Assembly: GCA_963662625.1 (NCBI GenBank)
Contig: OY759726.1
Coordinates: 352,001-416,000, forward strand
DNA: 64,000 bases
Origin: Nitrosopumilus sp.
Lineage (GTDB): Archaea > Thermoproteota > Nitrososphaeria > Nitrososphaerales > Nitrosopumilaceae
Reading direction: 5' to 3'
Numbering within the stretch: the first letter of the stretch is position 1; the number at the start of each line of letters is the position of its first letter. The notes beneath the pieces were generated by a model, which saw nothing but the letters and a program-made list of their open reading frames with translations, did no database searches and was not told the origin of the DNA. The position numbers and the translations under genes are program-made. Positions 58,273 to 64,000 of the stretch are shown piece by piece.

Positions 58273-58715
58273 CAGTACAGGTTTGCTGCCTCTTCCTTCA
58301 ACTTGTCCGCGTCCCCGGGGTCCTGTGGCCGGGATCCCAGGTAGGAATAGAGCGCGTACTTTAGCACCTTGAGCGACAGCAGCGCGCACTTTATCCTGAC
58401 GGCCTGCAGGTTCCCCAGCCCCAGCTCGCCGAGGATGTCGTCCTTGCCTATGCCCCTCACCTCGTCTATTCCCTTTCCCTTTGCCATCTCGGTCAGCACG
58501 GAGGAGCACGCCATGCATATGGCGCAGCCCTTGCCGTGGAACTTGATGTCCGACACCGTGTCGCCGTCGATCTTCATGTCGATGTCTATGCTGTCGCCGC
58601 ACAGGGGGTTGGAGTCGTGGTACGTCACGTCATGATCCTCGATCGTGCCGTAATTGGCGGGGTTCCTGAAGTAGTCGATGATCATCTCGTGGTAGATGTC
58701 CGCGTTGGAGCTCAT
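58272..58715 (-). CDS. sufU: Fe-S cluster scaffold SufU/IscU
   Basis: NPLCGD, GCAICMA, RIKCALL. Confidence 0.92.
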   Translation of the reverse strand: MSSNADIYHEMIIDYFRNPANYGTIEDHDVTYHDSNPLCGDSIDIDMKIDGDTVSDIKFHGKGCAICMACSSVLTEMAKGKGIDEVRGIGKDDILGELGLGNLQAVRIKCALLSLKVLKYALYSYLGSRPQDPGDADKLKEEAANLY

Positions 58716-59956
58716 AGTTTGAACAGCTCCGCCACCTTATTGAGTGAATCGACCAGGGCGTCTACGTCCTCCCGGGTGTTGTACACGTAAAAGCTTGCCC
58801 TCGACGTCGCCGCCACCTGGAGCCTCTCCATCAGCACCTGGGCGCAGTGGTGCCCGGACCGTATGGCGATCCCCTCCTCGTCGATGATCTGGGCGACGTC
58901 GTGCGGGTGGACGTCCGCAAAATTAAACGAGATCACCCCCCCGCGCCTTGCCACGTCCCTGGTCCCGTAGATGTGCAGCCCCTTGACCCCGGACATCCTC
59001 TCGAGCGCATACCCGGTCAGTTCGGCTTCGTGCTCCCGCACGTTGTCCATTCCCAGCCCCGACAGGTAGTCTATCGCCGCCCCGAGCCCCACCACGTCGG
59101 CGATGTTCGGGGTCCCGGCCTCGAATTTGTACGGTAGGTCGTTCCAGGTCGTCTCGTACTTGTGCACCTCCCGGATCATGTCGCCCCCGCCGTGGAACGG
59201 GGACATGCCCTCGAGCACCCGCTTCCTTACCCACAGCACCCCGATCCCGGTGGGGCCCAGCATCTTGTGCCCGGAGAACGCGAAAAAGTCGCAGCCCAGC
59301 TCCTCGAGGTCGACCCTCATGTGCGGGACGGCCTGGGCGCCGTCGACCAGCGTCAGCGCACCCGCAGCCTTGCATTTCGAGATTACTGCGGCGGCGTCCG
59401 TGATGGTCCCCATGACGTTGGACATCAGGCTGAACGCCACGAGCTTGACCCGCCCCGTCGCCAGCAGCCTGTCTAGATCCTCCAGGATCAGCTCGCCGTC
59501 GTCGTCCATCCCGATGTACTCGATCCTCGCCTTTTTTTCCCGCGCCAGCAGCTGCCACGGGACGATGTTGCTGTGGTGCTCGTATTCCGTCGTGACCACT
59601 ATGTCGCCCTCCCCGACGTGGTCCCGGCCCCACGCGTACGCCACCAGGTTGATCGCCTCGGTGGTCCCGCGGACGAAGATGATCTCCGTCCTGTCCTTTA
59701 TGTTGACAAAGCCGGCGACCTTGTCACGGGCCTGCTCGTAGGCCTCGGTCGCCTCCTCCGCCAGTGCGTAGACCGCCCTGTGGATGTTGGCGTTGTGGTT
59801 CCGGTAATAGTCGTCGATGGCGTCGATGACCTGGTTTGGCTTTTGCGTGGTGGACGCGTTGTCAAGGTACACCAGCGGCTTGTTCTCGCGCACGGTCCTC
59901 CCCAGTATCGGGAAGTCCTTGCGCAGGTTTCCAAATGACGATTGTGCGCTCTGCAT
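58712..59956 (-). CDS. sufS: Cysteine desulfurase SufS
   Basis: YLDNASTTQKP, DGAQ, SGHKMLGPTG, RSGHHCA. Confidence 0.96.
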   Translation of the reverse strand: MQSAQSSFGNLRKDFPILGRTVRENKPLVYLDNASTTQKPNQVIDAIDDYYRNHNANIHRAVYALAEEATEAYEQARDKVAGFVNIKDRTEIIFVRGTTEAINLVAYAWGRDHVGEGDIVVTTEYEHHSNIVPWQLLAREKKARIEYIGMDDDGELILEDLDRLLATGRVKLVAFSLMSNVMGTITDAAAVISKCKAAGALTLVDGAQAVPHMRVDLEELGCDFFAFSGHKMLGPTGIGVLWVRKRVLEGMSPFHGGGDMIREVHKYETTWNDLPYKFEAGTPNIADVVGLGAAIDYLSGLGMDNVREHEAELTGYALERMSGVKGLHIYGTRDVARRGGVISFNFADVHPHDVAQIIDEEGIAIRSGHHCAQVLMERLQVAATSRASFYVYNTREDVDALVDSLNKVAELFKL

Positions 59957-59961
59957 GCCTC

Positions 59962-60270
59962 TCAAACCTCGACGTAGATCTCGCCATCGTCTATTTTAAC
60001 ATTGTATACCCGGAGGGGCGCCTCGGCCGGCGGGTTACGGGGCCGGCCGTCCTCCAGGTTGAAGACCGAGAGGTGCAGCGGGCAGCGCACCCCCTCGTCG
60101 CTCAGGAAGCCCGCGGACAGGTCCGCCTCGGCGTGCGTGCAGATCAGGTCCGTGGCGCGTACCGTGCCCCCGGAGTTTGCGAGCAGGATCCTCTTGCCGG
60201 CGTGCGCGAAGCCGAACAGGGCGCCGTCCCGCACCTCGTCTGCCCTGCAGGCCCTGACCCATCTAGCCAG
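59962..60270 (-). CDS. Rieske-type ferredoxin
   Basis: CTH and CPLH ligands; N-terminus (L)ARWVRAC suggests a CTG start. Confidence 0.88.
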   Translation of the reverse strand: MARWVRACRADEVRDGALFGFAHAGKRILLANSGGTVRATDLICTHAEADLSAGFLSDEGVRCPLHLSVFNLEDGRPRNPPAEAPLRVYNVKIDDGEIYVEV

Positions 60271-60275
60271 TTTGA

Positions 60276-61673
60276 CTACCTGTACTTGTAATGCTGCTCA
60301 ATCTCGGCGTCCTCGTTGTACCTGGTCTCCTCGACCTCGACGAACTTTGCAAGCTCCTCGTCCGTGTTGATGGACAGCTCGCGGCCGTCCCATTTTGACT
60401 CGATAAGGTACGCTATCCAGGCCCTCACCTGGAACGACATCTTCCTGGAAAGCGGTTCCAGGAACCCCTCGACGATCGTCCTCTCGGCCTCCTCGCGGCT
60501 CAGGCACCTCGTCTTCAGGTAGAATATCTGCTCCTCGTCGATCTGCGCCACCGACGCCGAGTGGGTCGCCTTGACGTCGTTGGTGAAGATCTCCAGCCCG
60601 GGGATGGCGTCCGACTTTGCGTCGCCGTCAAGCAGTATGGAGCGCCCCGACAGGAACGAGTTGGACTTTGTGGCGTTCTCCTTGATCCGGATCATGCCCT
60701 TGAAGAGCGACTTTGACCTGTTCCGCAGGATTGACTTCTCCACCACGCGCCCCTCGGTCGCGGGGCTCTCGTGGTTGACGTTGGTCTGGATGTCGAAGGT
60801 CTGCTCGTTGTTGCCAAATACCACCTCGGAGTCGTTTGCTGACGCCCCCGTGCCGTTCAGGTAATAGTCTATCTTGTACCTGGAGAGCAGCGAGCCGAAC
60901 AGGCCCGAATACCAGTTGACCCGGGCGTCCTGCTCCAGGTCGGTCCTCCTCGTGGAGAAGTTGACTGACGACTGGTCCATCATCTGCAGCGTGGTGATGT
61001 CAAGCCGGGCGTTTGCCCGCGCGGTGGTGTTCAGCAGCTCCAGGTAGGCCTGCTGCTTCTGCGCCGCGGGCGAGTACAGCTCCTGCACTATCGTAGCCCT
61101 GCTGCCCTCCTCCGCGTGGATGATGTTCCTGGATATGGTGGAGACGCCGTCCTCGGAGAGGCACGACAGTATGTGCACGGGATCCTCCACCACGAGGTTC
61201 CTCGGCACGTAGACGAACACCCCGGTGTTGAACGCGGCGTTGTTCAGGGCGGTGAACTTGTCATCCTCGGGATCCGAGGACTCCAGCGCCCGCCTGACCA
61301 GGTCGGGGTGGTCCGCCACGGCGCTGCCGATCGAGCTGATCACCAGCCCCTCGGACCGCAGGCCCTCGGGGACGTTGATGCTGCCGATGTTCGTGCCGAC
61401 TTGCACGATGCCGGTCTGCCCCTCCACCTCGCCGAGCCGCTTTTGCAGGAACGCTGGGACGGAATCGGCCGTATCTGGCGCCAGCGAGACCTGGCCCGGA
61501 TCCATCTTTTGCGCGTCGGTATACTTGCTGTACAGCGCTGACGTCTCCACGGGCAGGCGCCCGTATACCGAGAGGGAGTTCTTCCTGTACTCGTTCAGCC
61601 AGGCCGGCTCGTTCTTCGACGACGAGATCTCGTCTATGTGATCCTGGCCTAGGTTTGAAAGGATTTGCGGCAT
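60276..61673 (-). CDS. sufD: Fe-S cluster assembly protein SufD
   Basis: FTALN, IPGLEIFTNDVKATHSA, FYLKTR. Confidence 0.93.
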   Translation of the reverse strand: MPQILSNLGQDHIDEISSSKNEPAWLNEYRKNSLSVYGRLPVETSALYSKYTDAQKMDPGQVSLAPDTADSVPAFLQKRLGEVEGQTGIVQVGTNIGSINVPEGLRSEGLVISSIGSAVADHPDLVRRALESSDPEDDKFTALNNAAFNTGVFVYVPRNLVVEDPVHILSCLSEDGVSTISRNIIHAEEGSRATIVQELYSPAAQKQQAYLELLNTTARANARLDITTLQMMDQSSVNFSTRRTDLEQDARVNWYSGLFGSLLSRYKIDYYLNGTGASANDSEVVFGNNEQTFDIQTNVNHESPATEGRVVEKSILRNRSKSLFKGMIRIKENATKSNSFLSGRSILLDGDAKSDAIPGLEIFTNDVKATHSASVAQIDEEQIFYLKTRCLSREEAERTIVEGFLEPLSRKMSFQVRAWIAYLIESKWDGRELSINTDEELAKFVEVEETRYNEDAEIEQHYKYR

Positions 61674-61689
61674 GTCGGTTCGGTCGGGG

Positions 61690-63090
61690 CTAGCCTACTG
61701 AATCGTCCATTTCCAGCTTGATGAGCCTGTTCAGTTCCACGGCGTACTCCATCGGGAGTTCCTTCGTGAACGGCTCCATGAACCCGTTGACTATCAGTGA
61801 AAGCGCCTCCTCCTCAGTAAACCCCCTGCTCATCAGGTAGAATATCTGCTCGTCGCCGATCTTCCCCACCGTCGCCTCGTGGGTGATCGTGGCGTCCTCC
61901 TGGTTGATCTCCATGTACGGGTAGGTGTCGGTCTTGGAGGTGTCGTCCAGGAGCAGCGCGTCGCACCTGACGGTGGACTTGACGCCCGTGGCGCCCTTGG
62001 CCACGTTGAGCAGCCCCCGGTACGTGGAACGCCCGTCCAGCCTGCTGACGGACTTTGACGTGATCTTCGAGGTCGTGTTCGGGGCCAAGTGGACCATCTT
62101 TGCGCCCGTGTCCTGGTGCTGGCCTTTCCCGGCGAACGCGATCGAGAGCGTCTCCCCGTACGCGCGCTCGCCCAGCAGGTAGACCCCCGGGTACTTCATG
62201 GTCAGCCTGCTCCCGATGTTCCCGTCGATCCACTCCACCGTGGCCCCCTCGTACGCGTACGCCCGCTTTGTGACGAGGTTGTACACGTCGTTGCTCCAGT
62301 TCTGTATGGTGGTGTAGCGCAGCTTCGCGTCCTTGTGCGCGACCAGTTCGACCACCGCGGAGTGCAGGGATTCCGACGAGTACACGGGGGCGGTGCAGCC
62401 CTCGATGTAGTGCACTTCTGCTCCCTCGTCCACTACGATCAGCGTCCTTTCGAACTGGCCGATGTTCTCGGCGTTGATCCTAAAGTATGCCTGCAACGGC
62501 ATGTCTACCTTGATGCCGGGGGGCACGTAGATGAAGGATCCCCCGCTCCATACCGCGCTGTTGAGGGCGGCAAACTTGTTGTCCTCGGGCGGTATGACCT
62601 TGCCGAAGTACTTTCTGAAGATCTCCGGCTGCTCCTTCAGGGCAGAGTCCGTGTCAAGGAACAGCACTCCCTGCTTTTCCAAGTCCTCCCGGAGGTTGTG
62701 GTACACCACCTCGGACTCGTACTGCGCCCCCACTCCCGCCAGGAACTTCTTTTCGGCCTCGGGGATTCCCAGCTTGTCAAAGGTGTTCTTAACGTCCTCT
62801 GGGACGTCGTCCCAGTTCTTCTCGGTCTTTTCGGACGCCTTTGCATAGTAGTAGATGTTCTGGAAGTCGATCACGCTGAGGTCCCCTCCCCACGTCGGCA
62901 TCGGCTTGCTCATGAAAATTTCGTAGGAACGCAGCCTGAAGTCGAGCATCCACTGCGGCTCGCCCTTCATCTTGCTGATTCCGATTACGGTCTCCTTGGT
63001 CAGGCCCTTCTTGCTCAGGTGGACGTACATCTCGGTAGAGTCCTTAAAGTCGTACTTCGAGTAGTCCATGTCTAGGTTTTCAGTGGCCAT
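61690..63090 (-). CDS. sufB: Fe-S cluster assembly protein SufB
   Basis: AQYESE, GQFERTL, EGCTAP, HEATVGK, FYLMSRG. Confidence 0.97.
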   Translation of the reverse strand: MATENLDMDYSKYDFKDSTEMYVHLSKKGLTKETVIGISKMKGEPQWMLDFRLRSYEIFMSKPMPTWGGDLSVIDFQNIYYYAKASEKTEKNWDDVPEDVKNTFDKLGIPEAEKKFLAGVGAQYESEVVYHNLREDLEKQGVLFLDTDSALKEQPEIFRKYFGKVIPPEDNKFAALNSAVWSGGSFIYVPPGIKVDMPLQAYFRINAENIGQFERTLIVVDEGAEVHYIEGCTAPVYSSESLHSAVVELVAHKDAKLRYTTIQNWSNDVYNLVTKRAYAYEGATVEWIDGNIGSRLTMKYPGVYLLGERAYGETLSIAFAGKGQHQDTGAKMVHLAPNTTSKITSKSVSRLDGRSTYRGLLNVAKGATGVKSTVRCDALLLDDTSKTDTYPYMEINQEDATITHEATVGKIGDEQIFYLMSRGFTEEEALSLIVNGFMEPFTKELPMEYAVELNRLIKLEMDDSVG

Positions 63091-63372
63091 ATAGAGAATA
63101 ACTCCGTTATATTATAAATACATGAGGAAAAATAGGCGTAGCTAAATAGCTGGGGCCAAACTGCGCGCGTCCGGCCCCGGCGGGGGGCGGATCCGCCCTC
63201 CCGCGCGATCCGCCGCTCCCTGGAACCGCCGGCTTCGCGCCGCCGGCCGCCGCAAACGGGATCCCGCGAAATCCGCGGCGTCATGCGGCGCTGGGGGGGC
63301 TGGCCGTCTTCCGGATCCCGACGGGCGCCGCATTCCCAAAAAGCTTTTTAATGACAACTGGGGACAAAGTCC

Positions 63373-63756
63373 ATGGAAACGAGTCTGGTAAAGCAGGTAA
63401 GGGCAGAGGAGAACTCGAAGATCAAGGCGCTCCAAAAGACCATCTCCGACACGAAGGCATCCCTGAAGAAGGCAAGGAAGGAAGCAAGGAAGAAGATAAG
63501 GGCTACGAAAAAGTCCGAGGTGGAACGAATCAGGGCCGAGAAGATTCAGGCAAAGGAGGAAGCTAGGAGGCGCGCCATAGAGGCAAAGAAGAACGTCAAG
63601 AGGATGCGAAAGCGCGTCAAGGAGACGAGGCACACGGCCAAGCAGGAAGCCCGCGCAAAGATCAAGGACGCGAAGAAGGCCCTAAAGGATGCAAAAAAGC
63701 ACCCCGAGAAGGCCGCGGCTGATCCAAAGCCGTCCAAGGCAGAGGCTAAGGCCTGA
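63373..63756 (+). CDS. Small, very basic Lys/Ala/Glu-rich helical protein
   Basis: 127-aa ORF, low complexity; TTTTTAAT upstream. Confidence 0.68.
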   Translation: METSLVKQVRAEENSKIKALQKTISDTKASLKKARKEARKKIRATKKSEVERIRAEKIQAKEEARRRAIEAKKNVKRMRKRVKETRHTAKQEARAKIKDAKKALKDAKKHPEKAAADPKPSKAEAKA

Positions 63757-64000
63757 AACTGTCCAGTTCTTGGACGAGTTTTTGGTAGAGCTCGCTTCGT
63801 TTGTTTTTTTCCGAAGCCACGATCTCCGTAAAGTCGGGAAACTCCCTGCGGTTCTTCTCCAGGTACCCTACGAAGACGTCGCAGTCGTGTATGTCGCCCG
63901 CGAGCTTCTGCAGGAACTTCAGGTTGGTGATGAGCTTGTCGTGGGCGTCCGCCGGGAACAGTTCCAGCACGTACCTCAGTTTTTTGGCGTCCTTGCGCAG
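63746..64000 (-). CDS. CHAD domain protein, 3' part only
   Basis: LRKDAKKLRYVLE and LQKLAGDIHDCDV motifs. Confidence 0.85.
   Translation of the reverse strand: MRKDAKKLRYVLELFPADAHDKLITNLKFLQKLAGDIHDCDVFVGYLEKNRREFPDFTEIVASEKNKRSELYQKLVQELDSFRP

Overview
High-GC archaeal chromosome segment, assigned to Nitrososphaerota/Nitrosopumilaceae (ammonia-oxidising archaea). The assignment rests on archaeal ribosomal proteins, Cbf5, proteasome alpha, and the 3-hydroxypropionyl-CoA ligase/dehydratase pair of the 3HP/4HB cycle. The high GC, many IS elements and DUF285 surface protein suggest a host-associated (e.g. sponge) lineage; this is inference. Most of the window is housekeeping: r-proteins, secY/secE, ftsY, alaS/leuS, pckA, sod, gdh, pgk, SUF genes and an intron-containing tRNA-Ser. 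Positions 40.2-50.7 kb are an AT-rich island of secreted-protein genes interrupted by many IS elements (IS481, IS110, IS630 x3, ISH3, IS5, IS66). The most unusual signals are: (1) directional A>G/T>C decay inside IS elements, while their termini and the AT-rich genes they destroyed are largely spared, with GATC sites apparently surviving; (2) two independent repeat-insert-repeat scars (37/37/37 and 39/31/39 bp) inside dead transposases, resembling ectopic CRISPR spacer integrations; (3) a structured two-domain non-coding segment after an IS110 remnant (candidate bridge RNA). All family calls come from motif recognition, not database searches.
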